From the NCBI GenBank assembly GCA_021796435.1, contig JAJYXM010000016.1:118625-182624 (forward strand): 64,000 nucleotides of DNA, written 5' to 3'. This document shows positions 19,673 through 28,725 of this stretch, in pieces. Made by a program: the position numbers and the translations under genes. Under the pieces are notes generated by a model. It saw only the letters and a program-made list of their open reading frames with translations, had not been told where the DNA came from and ran no database searches. Every line of letters starts with the position of its first letter. Within the stretch, counting starts at the first letter, position 1. The stretch is from a bacterium (lineage in GTDB: Bacteria; Patescibacteriota; Patescibacteriia; 2-12-FULL-60-25).

Positions 19673-20020
19673 TCAGAGCGGATCCTTGGGGCCGCCGACG
19701 CGTTCGGGAAGCCAGGGTTTGTCAGTGTCAGGATGCGGGATCCGGGGCGGGCAGAGCCGTGGCTGGGGAGGCCAGGGGCGCAGGATCTGCTCTTCGACGT
19801 ACGCGGCATTCGGAGACGAGTCGGTGGAGTCAGCATCTGTATCGACGATCGAGGAACAGGAGGGTGCCAACTCGTTGGGATCCGTGTCGAAGCGTCGTTC
19901 ACCGGTCGGGTCGGGATCGACGAAAGGCGGACTAGTAGGCGCCAGTTCGTTGGGATTGGCGTCGGGTCGGCGCGGCGGCGGTGGACCCCAGGGATGAATC
20001 AGCTTGTCGGCGCGGCTCAT
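19673..20020 (-). CDS. small Pro-rich protein, member of a tandem paralog set
   Basis: AAGGAGA is 9 nt before the ATG. Start and stop overlap the upstream gene as ATGA. 115 aa. Confidence 0.45.
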   Translation of the reverse strand: MSRADKLIHPWGPPPPRRPDANPNELAPTSPPFVDPDPTGERRFDTDPNELAPSCSSIVDTDADSTDSSPNAAYVEEQILRPWPPQPRLCPPRIPHPDTDKPWLPERVGGPKDPL

Positions 20021-20223
20021 GGCTCATTCTCCTTATCTGGAACACTTTGGTCGCGTAGGACTCCGGGAATAGCCAGACCGGCTTGAGCGTCCTCTTGCGC
20101 CTTGGCATAGTCTGCATCCGACATGGTCGTTTCGCCGTACTGGCGCGGACGGGGCGGATCGGGTTCGATGCGCGCGAATGGACTCGGAGTCCAGTCGATT
20201 TTGGGGATCAGTGGGTGGCTCAT
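20017..20223 (-). CDS. small protein
   Basis: 68 aa; GETTMSDADYAKAQ motif; translationally coupled. Confidence 0.4.
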   Translation of the reverse strand: MSHPLIPKIDWTPSPFARIEPDPPRPRQYGETTMSDADYAKAQEDAQAGLAIPGVLRDQSVPDKENEP

Positions 20224-20435
20224 TTTTCTTCGATGACCTCCGAAAGGTCTACACGGGGCGTTGTCCAGTCGCCGACCAGACCGCTGTGGAATGAGCAGGG
20301 ATTCTGATCTTCTGCCCAGTGTCGGAGTGCAGCATCCAGATGGCGAACGCGTTCTTCGGGCGTTCGGTTCGAACCCAGAAGTCGGCCGAACAGAGATTGT
20401 ATTGCGCTTGGCTGTTTGGATTGGTTGTCGGGCAT
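20220..20435 (-). CDS. small protein
   Basis: 71 aa; start and stop overlap neighbouring genes. Confidence 0.35.
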   Translation of the reverse strand: MPDNQSKQPSAIQSLFGRLLGSNRTPEERVRHLDAALRHWAEDQNPCSFHSGLVGDWTTPRVDLSEVIEEK

Positions 20436-20450
20436 CGTGTGAACCTCCGT

Positions 20451-20639
20451 TCAGCGGTAGATGACTCGGGTGTGGGCTCGGGCTTTGGAGCGGGCGAGGA
20501 AGGCGTGGTGTTCTTCCGCAGCTTTGCGGAGTTGCTGCCTGGTTACAGCTTCGGCCCGCTCTTGTCCTTCGGGCGAGTCGAGTTCAGCGCGGATCCGATC
20601 GAATTCCGCCTGGATTTTCGTTTTCGTCTCTTCGTCCAT
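20451..20639 (-). CDS. small charged helical protein
   Basis: 62 aa; first ORF of the operon. Confidence 0.35.
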   Translation of the reverse strand: MDEETKTKIQAEFDRIRAELDSPEGQERAEAVTRQQLRKAAEEHHAFLARSKARAHTRVIYR

Positions 20640-20769
20640 GGAAACCTCATTGGGAAGGAGCAGCTAACGCTTAGACGGTAACAAGGTGAGCATCATTAAT
20701 CAAATTCAACAGGAGAGATTCTTCGCGGATGACTGGATTCCCCGGTCAAGCCGTGGAATGACAGATGAG

Positions 20770-20820
20770 AAAGCCGTCCCGGAGGTCACCACGTAGGACA
20801 CGGCGAGTCGGGACGGCAGT
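20770..20820 (-). terminator. terminator; copy 3 of the repeated palindromic element
   Basis: GCCGTCCCGG...TCGGGACGGC, about 80% identical to copy 1 and followed by a T-rich stretch on the minus strand. Confidence 0.5.
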
Positions 20821-20829
20821 GGAGAGGGG

Positions 20830-21936
20830 TTAGTGCTCGGGTGGGGCGAAGACGCCGCACCAGTCGAATTTGCGGAAGCGGCGGCGGACGGCGAGGACTT
20901 CGGCTACGCCGATGATCTCCCGCCTGACCGATATTACCTTGCTCAGTAAGTAGGATGTGACGTCGGGGTGATCCGGTGCATTTTCCTTGTCGAAGCGGAA
21001 TTCGCCTTTGACTTCTTCGCCGTTCTTGAGTCGGAGCTTGGCCCAGTAATCCCCGTAGGGATTCTTGCCCGGATCGAAACGACCGTGGAACCGGCTTCCA
21101 TCCGCGAATTCGATGCTGAATTTCGTTAGTTTGCCGGCAAGGAGCTGCTCGAATTGTCGGATTGCCTCGTGGATCCAGAGCTGATCGCTGCGCAGCGGTC
21201 GGGGTTCTGGGTCGTTGCTGCCTTCGTGCCAGATGTAGCCGTCATCGAAGAATACGGCGCGTCTTGGCGGTTTCTCGTCGTAGCAGCCGCTTGAGTGCAG
21301 GTCGCGTTCGAGGCGTACGCCGTGGCATTCGACGATGTGCTGTACGTCGTTACGCGGGTTCACCACGAATTTGCGGCCGAAGCGGTAGACCGGATCCTCC
21401 ATGACACAGTCCGGGAACACGATGTCGCCCGCGAGGTGCTGGTCGCCGACAGCATAGAACCAGGGCGTCTGGAGTCCGCAGTAAACCGTGCGCAGAAAAC
21501 CCGGGCATGCGGCAAGCTTGTCTTCGCGGCCCTTGACGCGGAAGACCTTCTGCACCGCGGCGAGCAGGTGCTCGAGCGAAGCGAACTCCGCGAAGCTGGT
21601 GCCGTCGTCGCTCCAGTCTTCATGTAGCACGAAACCGCAGCGGCCGTCGGGTGCATCCTTGATCTCCAACGCCTCGACAAAGCCCTGGATCTCGCTTTCG
21701 CAATCGCTGCAGCCGTATTTGTGCTGTACGATCTCGAAGCGCGTGTGCATACGGTAGGCGCCATGCACGACGTTCTTGACGAGGCCGGTGGTCGGCGGTT
21801 TGATTTCGCCGAAGAGCTTGAGCGCCTCGAGGGCCTTTTCGCGGTCTTCGCGCCGACAGGTGAAATGGACCAGCCAACCTTCGGCGGTCTTGCCTTCAAC
21901 ATCCACTGGATCCATCAGCCGATGAGAGTCTGACAT
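20830..21936 (-). CDS. hypothetical protein, orphan in this window
   Basis: 368-aa ORF with strong coding character (Cys/His/Trp-rich) and no motif I recognise. It lies upstream on the same strand as the small-ORF operon and the RT. Confidence 0.55.
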   Translation of the reverse strand: MSDSHRLMDPVDVEGKTAEGWLVHFTCRREDREKALEALKLFGEIKPPTTGLVKNVVHGAYRMHTRFEIVQHKYGCSDCESEIQGFVEALEIKDAPDGRCGFVLHEDWSDDGTSFAEFASLEHLLAAVQKVFRVKGREDKLAACPGFLRTVYCGLQTPWFYAVGDQHLAGDIVFPDCVMEDPVYRFGRKFVVNPRNDVQHIVECHGVRLERDLHSSGCYDEKPPRRAVFFDDGYIWHEGSNDPEPRPLRSDQLWIHEAIRQFEQLLAGKLTKFSIEFADGSRFHGRFDPGKNPYGDYWAKLRLKNGEEVKGEFRFDKENAPDHPDVTSYLLSKVISVRREIIGVAEVLAVRRRFRKFDWCGVFAPPEH

Positions 21937-22050
21937 GGGACGTCTCCTTGAAAGGGCACTGCCAGACCTTAACTGATGACGGAGGTGAAGGCAAACGGAG
22001 GAAAACCCTAATCTTGATTAGCGTCGCCCCGCGAAGTAATCTATTTATCT

Positions 22051-22836
22051 ATGATTAAGGCAGAAAACCTGACTAAGAAGTACGACGAATTCACAGCCGT
22101 AGACAGCATCAACTTCGAGGTCGAGAAAGGTGAGATATTCGCGTTTCTCGGGCCGAATGGAGCGGGCAAGACGACGACCATCAAGATGCTGACGACGTTG
22201 ACCAAGCCGACTTCCGGCACGGTGCAACTGAACGGCTTCAATCCGGTCGAATCACCGGATGACGCCCGTAAGTCTTTCGGCATCGTGTTCCAGGACCAAA
22301 GCCTGGATGACGAATTGACGGCTTGGGAAAACATGGAGTTCCACGGCGTGCTGTATGGAGTCGAGAAGAAGTTGCGTCGCGAACGCATCGAACAGCTGAT
22401 GAAGTTCGTTGAATTGTGGGACCGTAAGAACGATTTGGTCAAGACTTTTTCCGGCGGCATGAAACGGCGCCTGGAGATAGCGCGTGGGTTGCTGCATCAT
22501 CCCAAGATATTCTTCTTGGACGAGCCGACGCTCGGCTTGGATCCGCAGACGCGCAACCACATGTGGGAGTACATAAAGAAATTGAGGCAGGAAGAGGGGA
22601 CGACCATATTCTTCACCACCCATTATATGGAGGAGGCGGAGAAGAATTCCGACCGTATAGCCATCATCGACCACGGCAAGATCGTGGCGCGGGGAACGGC
22701 CGGCGAATTGAAGCAGCAGACCAGCACTGATTCGCTCGAAGCGGCGTTTTTGTCTTTGACCGGAAAAGATATCCGTGATGAGCATGCTACCGGCGCGGAT
22801 CATATGAGGATGAGGCGCCGCATGTGGCACAGATAA
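22051..22836 (+). CDS. ABC transporter ATP-binding protein
   Basis: Walker A GPNGAGKTTTIKML; ABC signature LSGGMKRRLEIA; Walker B IFFLDEPT. Confidence 0.9.
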   Translation: MIKAENLTKKYDEFTAVDSINFEVEKGEIFAFLGPNGAGKTTTIKMLTTLTKPTSGTVQLNGFNPVESPDDARKSFGIVFQDQSLDDELTAWENMEFHGVLYGVEKKLRRERIEQLMKFVELWDRKNDLVKTFSGGMKRRLEIARGLLHHPKIFFLDEPTLGLDPQTRNHMWEYIKKLRQEEGTTIFFTTHYMEEAEKNSDRIAIIDHGKIVARGTAGELKQQTSTDSLEAAFLSLTGKDIRDEHATGADHMRMRRRMWHR

Positions 22837-22840
22837 AAAT

Positions 22841-23587
22841 ATGCAAACTATCTACATACTTTGGTTAAGGCAACTCAAACGATATTCGCGTTCCAGGGCC
22901 CGTATCATCGGTTCCTTGGCGCAGCCGTTGCTTTTCCTGGTGGCTTTGGGTTTCGGTTTCGGACCGATATACCAGAAGGCAGGAGGCGGCAATTACATCC
23001 AGTTCCTGGCCCCGGGCATCATCGGGATGAGCGTATTGTTCACGGCGGTATTCACGGGGATCGAGATAATCTGGGACAGGCAGTTCGGGTTCCTCAAAGA
23101 GACCATGGTGGCGCCTGTCACGAGGCTGAAGATAATGTTCGGACGGACCCTGGGAGGTGCGACAGTAGCGACTATCCAGGGTGTCGTCGTATTCCTATTG
23201 TCCTTGATCGCCGGGTTCAGGCCAGTTTCGTGGCTTGGGTTGTTCCCTGCCATGTTGGTGATGTTTTTGACGGCGTTGCTGTTCACCGCATTGGGGACGG
23301 CGATAGCCTCTACGTTGGATGACATGCAAGGTTTCCAATTGATCATGAACTTCGTCATCATGCCGGTATTCTTCTTGTCGGGAGCCTTGTTCCCGCTGGA
23401 TGGATTGCCGCCGGTGATAATGCTGGTCGCGCGTTTCGATCCGTTGTCATACGGCATCGACGGTCTGCGTTGGGCGCTGATCGGGTTGACGCATTTCGGA
23501 TTCGGACAGGACTTGGCGATTTTGACCGCAGTGACCGCAGTGCTTTTGGCCGTAGGCAGTTATCTGTTCTCGAAGATAGAGATTTAA
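22841..23587 (+). CDS. ABC-2 type transporter permease
   Basis: Six TM helices of 248 aa immediately downstream of the ATPase. Confidence 0.75.
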   Translation: MQTIYILWLRQLKRYSRSRARIIGSLAQPLLFLVALGFGFGPIYQKAGGGNYIQFLAPGIIGMSVLFTAVFTGIEIIWDRQFGFLKETMVAPVTRLKIMFGRTLGGATVATIQGVVVFLLSLIAGFRPVSWLGLFPAMLVMFLTALLFTALGTAIASTLDDMQGFQLIMNFVIMPVFFLSGALFPLDGLPPVIMLVARFDPLSYGIDGLRWALIGLTHFGFGQDLAILTAVTAVLLAVGSYLFSKIEI

Positions 23588-23592
23588 GCGGA

Positions 23593-23648
23593 CTTCCGCG
23601 CTCGGTCGAACTCTTGTTCAAATGTAGACAGAGCGCGGAAGTTTTTTT
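23593..23648 (+). terminator. Rho-independent terminator
   Basis: CTTCCGCGCTC...GAGCGCGGAAG followed by TTTTTTT. Confidence 0.6.
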
Positions 23649-23854
23649 GTCGGCGAGGCTTAGTCTTCGGAAGTCAGGTGTGTTTCTAGCTTGTCGAAGC
23701 GTGAGTCAAGCTCGGAGAAGATCTCTTGAAGGATATCGGATATTTCGGTCACCCGATCATAGAGTTCTTTCATCAGCACATAAGAATCTTTCAACGTAGG
23801 TTCCACTTGGATTTCGTCTTCTTCCACGTATTGCATATGGTTACGTTCATTGGA

Positions 23855-26332
23855 TCAGATTTGTGTCTGCATGTCCGTGATTTCCGCCAGCCTTTCTTCC
23901 AGCTTTTTTTGTTTACGCCGGCGGTTCAAGCGACGTGCGCCCTCGGTGACGACGATGGCTCCGCCTGCGGCGCCTAGCGGCATCCAGGGAGGAAGACTGA
24001 CCGGCGTCTTGTCTTGGATGGTGCTGGCTGCGGGCGTAGCGTGCGAAACTATCTGGATATCGTCTTCATGCATGGGCAGGAGGCGCAGCGGCGATTTGCT
24101 CGTATCAAGTACGCCTCTTATCTTTACTGTGTCACCGGCAAGCAGGCGCTGCGGCCGATATTTGATGTCTGGTTTTATGACGACCGTCAGATCGATGCCG
24201 TCGACGTTCAGATAGACGTTCTGCCCACTGACTTTGTTCACCTCGCCGACGATTTCGACCAGGCTCCAGGCATCCTCGGCACCAGGAGAAAAAAGGTCGA
24301 CGATCTGCGGCGTGATTCCGCTGGAGGATGCTTCGCCGACAGACGTGATGGCATCCGTGGCCGCCATCTTGAGGGAAACCACGTTTTTATCGCTGGTCGA
24401 GAGGGTGCCGGTGATGACGAGACGGGTATCGAGCTGCGGCAAGGATGAGTTGGCCGGTGCTTTCACCAAAAGGCCGCGGCCTTGGGGGGAAAGAAGGATG
24501 AACGAGTGATTGGCTATGCTGCCGGGGAAACTGCCGACAACACCTTCCAACCTGACGCGGATGTTGTTGTTGGCCATAGAGGAAAGGTCGTTTATTTCGA
24601 TGGGAGTGATGGTTGTCTTCGTGGCGCTGGTAGCTTTTGTCGCAGTGGTTTTGGTCTTGGCTGTTTTAGTCGTGGACTTCGGCGTGCTTGTTTTTGTCGT
24701 AGCTGAGGTTTTTGCGGTTGTCGGTTGTATCGCAGTTTCAGGCCAAACGATTGTCTTGTATGCGTCCAGCGCGGCGTCGTCGTTTGTCGCTGCTCCTGAA
24801 GAAACATCGGGGACAGCCGTGTCCGTCTGATTTACGCTCGTCGCAGCAGGCGCGGTGACGGGAGATGCCGTATCGGTGGATATGCTGTTCGTCACGTCTT
24901 GTGTTAGCGTAGTGGTATTCGTGGAGGTTTCAGCCTGGGTCAGCAGATTGGCGGAACCCTTGGTCGGTGAAAGCGTCGATTGCCAATTCCCAGTGACTTC
25001 CGGATATCTGATCCAGCTCCTGTCTTTCGTGGTTTTGCCGAAACGCATGGCGTCCAAGAGCTGTCCGTCGGGGGAGTAGAGGGCGACGCCGTCGCCATCA
25101 TTGTTGAGTTTGGATGAAGGCAATTCGATGACGGCATAACTGGAGGTCGCGGGGTCAATCATCAGGTCCGAAATGGTGTATATACGTCCTGTACTGTCGA
25201 AGATCTGGCAGCTTTTCAGGTTTATGGCTTGGTTGGAGTCAAGAGAAATGATCTCTATCCATTCTTTGCCGCTGGATGGATATGCCATTATCTCGTTCAG
25301 GCGCAATAGGTTGTAGTTCGGCTTGGGTGTTTCGACGGATGCGGTTTGCGTGGAGGCATTCGAGTAGGTCGTTGAAATAGATGCGGCGACAGAAGAGGAT
25401 TCGGACTGGGTGGCGGTGTTTTCTGAAGACGTGCTGCTAGAATCCGTCACGTCAGTCAGACTTTCAGTTGATGTGGCTAAGGTGTCCGTTCCGATTGTCG
25501 CATCATCCGAAGTTACGTCAGGTTCTGGAGCGATAAGGGCGGTTGATGAAACATCGGTTATGTCCGTATCTTCTATGGATTGGGACGAGGTCGTGGTTTC
25601 AGTCGGATTGACGATGTCGGTGGCCGTCGAGGTCGTAGTTTGTTCTTCCGTCGGCGGCAGAATTTCGGTTGAGCTCGTATCGGCCGGAGGAATGATGGTG
25701 TCTTCGGATGTTGGAGCGCAGAGGTCGCAGATACCAGGTGTGCCCAAATCTTCGACTCCGGCTTTGAGATTCAAGCTTTGTTCAGCGGAAACCCAGGCTT
25801 CCGCAGAAGCGCCGTCCGTGTCGACTGATTTGCGCAGCATGGTAATTTTTTGCGGGAGCGACGCTCCGGCAGGAGGCGAACCGCCATCTCCTGCAGAATC
25901 GACAAGGCTGCCGGTGTCGTCGAAAAGTCCGATCATGAGTTGGGAATTGCTGATGCTGACTGTCGTAGTCACGACTTGAGGAGGAAAAACACCCGCACTT
26001 TTGGCGTCAGCGCTGCCGTAGTTAGCGATGACGAAAACTTCGTGCGCAGAGATGGTGGAGTCGGCGGGAAGCACGATCGTCTTCCCGTTTTCTCCCATGC
26101 CGTCAAGGCGCCAACCGTCGAGCGATACGTCTTGGTCGGATAGGTTCCAGAGCTCGACCCACTCATCAGAAGTGGAGAGGGATGAGCCGGCCCACGAAAT
26201 CTCGCCGATCACGATTCGGGGAAGCGGGTCGGCCGCGTGGGCGGAAAAGGCGAAAAGGGGATTGAACACGGTCGAGAGACAAAGCAGGGTGCATGAAACA
26301 AGGCGCAACACGGAAGCGTTCTTATGGGGCAT
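23855..26332 (-). CDS. large surface protein with lamin-tail-domain (LTD) and Thr/Ser-rich linkers
   Basis: Signal peptide; LTD-like segment (WVELWNLSDQDVSLDGWRL...TIVLP...VFVIAN); long T/S-rich low-complexity stretches; C-terminal TM anchor plus a basic tail. Confidence 0.6.
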   Translation of the reverse strand: MPHKNASVLRLVSCTLLCLSTVFNPLFAFSAHAADPLPRIVIGEISWAGSSLSTSDEWVELWNLSDQDVSLDGWRLDGMGENGKTIVLPADSTISAHEVFVIANYGSADAKSAGVFPPQVVTTTVSISNSQLMIGLFDDTGSLVDSAGDGGSPPAGASLPQKITMLRKSVDTDGASAEAWVSAEQSLNLKAGVEDLGTPGICDLCAPTSEDTIIPPADTSSTEILPPTEEQTTTSTATDIVNPTETTTSSQSIEDTDITDVSSTALIAPEPDVTSDDATIGTDTLATSTESLTDVTDSSSTSSENTATQSESSSVAASISTTYSNASTQTASVETPKPNYNLLRLNEIMAYPSSGKEWIEIISLDSNQAINLKSCQIFDSTGRIYTISDLMIDPATSSYAVIELPSSKLNNDGDGVALYSPDGQLLDAMRFGKTTKDRSWIRYPEVTGNWQSTLSPTKGSANLLTQAETSTNTTTLTQDVTNSISTDTASPVTAPAATSVNQTDTAVPDVSSGAATNDDAALDAYKTIVWPETAIQPTTAKTSATTKTSTPKSTTKTAKTKTTATKATSATKTTITPIEINDLSSMANNNIRVRLEGVVGSFPGSIANHSFILLSPQGRGLLVKAPANSSLPQLDTRLVITGTLSTSDKNVVSLKMAATDAITSVGEASSSGITPQIVDLFSPGAEDAWSLVEIVGEVNKVSGQNVYLNVDGIDLTVVIKPDIKYRPQRLLAGDTVKIRGVLDTSKSPLRLLPMHEDDIQIVSHATPAASTIQDKTPVSLPPWMPLGAAGGAIVVTEGARRLNRRRKQKKLEERLAEITDMQTQI

Positions 26333-26453
26333 ATTAGGTTGTTTGGACTTAGACCTTTGGGCTTAAGTCCGATTAATTAATCAAAGCCTCTATCTATACC
26401 GCTGCCAAAACTAAGCTGAAATGTCAAGGGTTTTATGTGGATATGGGTAGGTA

Positions 26454-26482
26454 TTGACAGGTTAAGATGGCTATATTAATAT
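26454..26482 (+). promoter_or_regulatory. sigma70-like promoter (TTGACA-17-TAATAT) that makes sdpR essentially leaderless
   Basis: Exact -35 TTGACA at 26454-59, a 17-nt spacer and -10 TAATAT at 26477-82. The ATG follows at 26491. Confidence 0.6.
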
Positions 26483-26490
26483 ATAGACAA

Positions 26491-26766
26491 ATGTCTATGG
26501 ATACCGTGTTCAAAGCTTTAGCTGACCCAAGCCGTCGTAAGATTTTGGATCTGCTCAAGCAAAAAGATATGTCCGTGACAGACCTGCAGGAACATTTCGG
26601 TTTTACGCAGGCGTCGTTGTCGCACCATCTGGATATCCTGAAACGAGCTGATTTGGTGGTGACGGAAAGGCGTGGGCAGTTCATATTCTATTCTTTGAAC
26701 GCGTCGGTTTTCGAGGAAATGGCTAATTCAATCTTGAACTACTTCAATTATGACAAACGAAAATAA
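26491..26766 (+). CDS. sdpR: ArsR-family (SdpR-like) transcriptional repressor
   Basis: ArsR HTH (ALADPSRRKILDLL...SHHL). Confidence 0.7.
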   Translation: MSMDTVFKALADPSRRKILDLLKQKDMSVTDLQEHFGFTQASLSHHLDILKRADLVVTERRGQFIFYSLNASVFEEMANSILNYFNYDKRK

Positions 26767-27406
26767 GGGCATCGACAAGATGCTGATAGTGCGTTCAGTG
26801 TTCGTGGCCGCCATGTTCGTGGCTGGTGCGGTCCTGTATCCGCATCTGCCTGATTCGATACCGACGCACTGGGGGTTCGAAGGGGAGCCGAACCAGTGGT
26901 CGCCCAAGACTTGGGGAGCGTGGATCATTCCGTTGATGTCGTTGGCTTTTTTGGTGCTCATGCCTTTGCTGGCGAAAATCGATCCGAAGAAGGCGAACTA
27001 TGAGTTGTTCAAGAAGCCATGGAGTTTCATCCAGAGCATACTTATCGTCTTCATGGCTTACATGTACGCCGTGACGATGTATGTGACGTTTTATCCCGAG
27101 CATAATGCCCTGGTCGGGAGAGCTATGGTGTTCGGCATAGGCATCCTGTTCGTGTTGCTGGGTAATGTGATGGGAAAGGTGCGGCAAAATTATTTCGTCG
27201 GACTCAAGACGCCGTGGACCCTGAACGATCCGGAGGTGTGGCAAAAGAGTCAGCGTTTCGGCGGATGGATGTTCGTGTTGGCGGGGTTGGCATTCATGAT
27301 AGAGGGCGTCATCTGGCTTGCTGTTTTGCCGATATTCTTTAGCGCACTCATCGCGATGGTAGTTTTTCCGATCGTCTATTCATATCTGATTTCACGGAAG
27401 AAATAG
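26750..27406 (+). CDS. sdpI: SdpI/YhfL-family membrane protein
   Basis: Polytopic membrane protein with DUF1648/SdpI-like architecture; overlaps the sdpR stop. Confidence 0.6.
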   Translation: MTNENKGIDKMLIVRSVFVAAMFVAGAVLYPHLPDSIPTHWGFEGEPNQWSPKTWGAWIIPLMSLAFLVLMPLLAKIDPKKANYELFKKPWSFIQSILIVFMAYMYAVTMYVTFYPEHNALVGRAMVFGIGILFVLLGNVMGKVRQNYFVGLKTPWTLNDPEVWQKSQRFGGWMFVLAGLAFMIEGVIWLAVLPIFFSALIAMVVFPIVYSYLISRKK

Positions 27407-27414
27407 CGTTTTTA

Positions 27415-27443
27415 TTGACCGTCTCTTGTTTAGCGTGATAATT
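27415..27443 (+). promoter_or_regulatory. candidate promoter TTGACC-17-ATAATT
   Basis: Sits upstream of the GGAGGTG SD of the 27476 gene. Confidence 0.45.
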
Positions 27444-27475
27444 ATAGGCAGTTCCTTTTGAACTGGAGGTGGCTC

Positions 27476-27868
27476 ATGCCATTCAGTGCGATTGAGCTGG
27501 TGCAACGGAATCATCACTATCTTGCAGGTCTTCGTCCCGTGAAGCCTGAAGACATCAGGGCGGGAGCAACCGTCTTGAAGTTTGCGGTCAAGGTCGAGGA
27601 TGGAGTGTGCTTCAGCCATCCGCGTGAGTTGCGCATCTATGATCCGCCGATCGTACGTGGCGGGTTTCTTGGTCTTTTCGGCCCGAAGTTCGTGGTGTGC
27701 CAAACCCCTCGTATCCTGGATGGCGCAACTGAATACGCCTATATACCTTTGGATGAGATGCTGTCAGATGTCCGCGAGCCAAGAGCGAGGGACTGGCGAC
27801 TCCATATCTATCTCGTCAGAGATGAGGCTTCCATGGGAGGTGTAAGTTGTCAGACAAAAGCGGGATGA
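27476..27868 (+). CDS. hypothetical protein
   Basis: GGAGGTG then ATG. Confidence 0.4.
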   Translation: MPFSAIELVQRNHHYLAGLRPVKPEDIRAGATVLKFAVKVEDGVCFSHPRELRIYDPPIVRGGFLGLFGPKFVVCQTPRILDGATEYAYIPLDEMLSDVREPRARDWRLHIYLVRDEASMGGVSCQTKAG

Positions 27869-28278
27869 AGATTGCCCAGCGATCTACCTTCAGACGGTTG
27901 GACGAACCAGCATGGAGCTGGACGGGGGATTTGACCTCGTTTGAGCGACACTTGCTGAAGAGGGAAGAGCGTGAGCGTCGCAGACTGGATATGGAGACCA
28001 TCCTCTCCAAGCCCGAGCATATGCGTGAGGCCATCACACAGCTTGAGCAAAGGCTTGAACAGCTCAGGGGCTGGGAAACACAGCCGGATCGTTTCATGCA
28101 TGAGAACAGGTTCTTCGTCGTCGAGCGGATCCTCATGCAGCTCGAAACCGTCGCAGGATATACGACGTTACACGTCTGGCCTGACTTCTTCGAGGTCGTC
28201 GAGGGGTTCAGGCAGTTGGCGATACGTACCGCAGGAGTACGCTATGGCGCCGTGCGCAGCGTTTTCGAATCACCCTAG
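27847..28278 (+). CDS. hypothetical protein (TTG start)
   Basis: GGAGGTG 6 nt before the TTG. Confidence 0.35.
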   Translation: MSDKSGMKIAQRSTFRRLDEPAWSWTGDLTSFERHLLKREERERRRLDMETILSKPEHMREAITQLEQRLEQLRGWETQPDRFMHENRFFVVERILMQLETVAGYTTLHVWPDFFEVVEGFRQLAIRTAGVRYGAVRSVFESP

Positions 28279-28329
28279 CATCTATCAAGAGCGGCTTCTC
28301 GGCCGCTCTTCGCATTCTTATCGTTCGCT

Positions 28330-28725
28330 TCATTCTGCGCTCCGATGCCCTTTTTCGTTTTGGATGATCCCTTTGATCAACTGGCTCAGCTCCTGGAAGG
28401 TCTGCTCGCCTTCGAAGCCGGACATCCCCAGATGTCGTAGCCTATTTGCCATGTCGTCCAGGATGGTCTGGTGGAGCGTATCGATATCTTCTTGCGTGAT
28501 AGAGAGTTTTTTCGAGGGCAGCGGAGAGGAATGTGCGAGGTCGGGAGGATGATCCGTCGCCAGACGTGCAACCAGGTCGTTCAACTCAGGCCGCAGCTTC
28601 GGGTCGATCTTGTCATTCTCTACGTCGCAGATGAACAAGGAATCGAATATGGCATCCATAATTTTCTGGACGCGGAGCTTGAGTTCGATTTCAGCTCTTT
28701 GGGGAATCTTTGGTTCGTGGTTCAT
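28330..28725 (-). CDS. hypothetical protein
   Basis: ORF of 131 aa. Confidence 0.4.
   Translation of the reverse strand: MNHEPKIPQRAEIELKLRVQKIMDAIFDSLFICDVENDKIDPKLRPELNDLVARLATDHPPDLAHSSPLPSKKLSITQEDIDTLHQTILDDMANRLRHLGMSGFEGEQTFQELSQLIKGIIQNEKGHRSAE

Noticed and set aside
24014-26166. Antisense and alternate-frame ORFs within the LTD surface protein gene
   Set aside because: Shadow ORFs; the 825-aa frame has a coherent signal peptide, LTD domain and anchor architecture.
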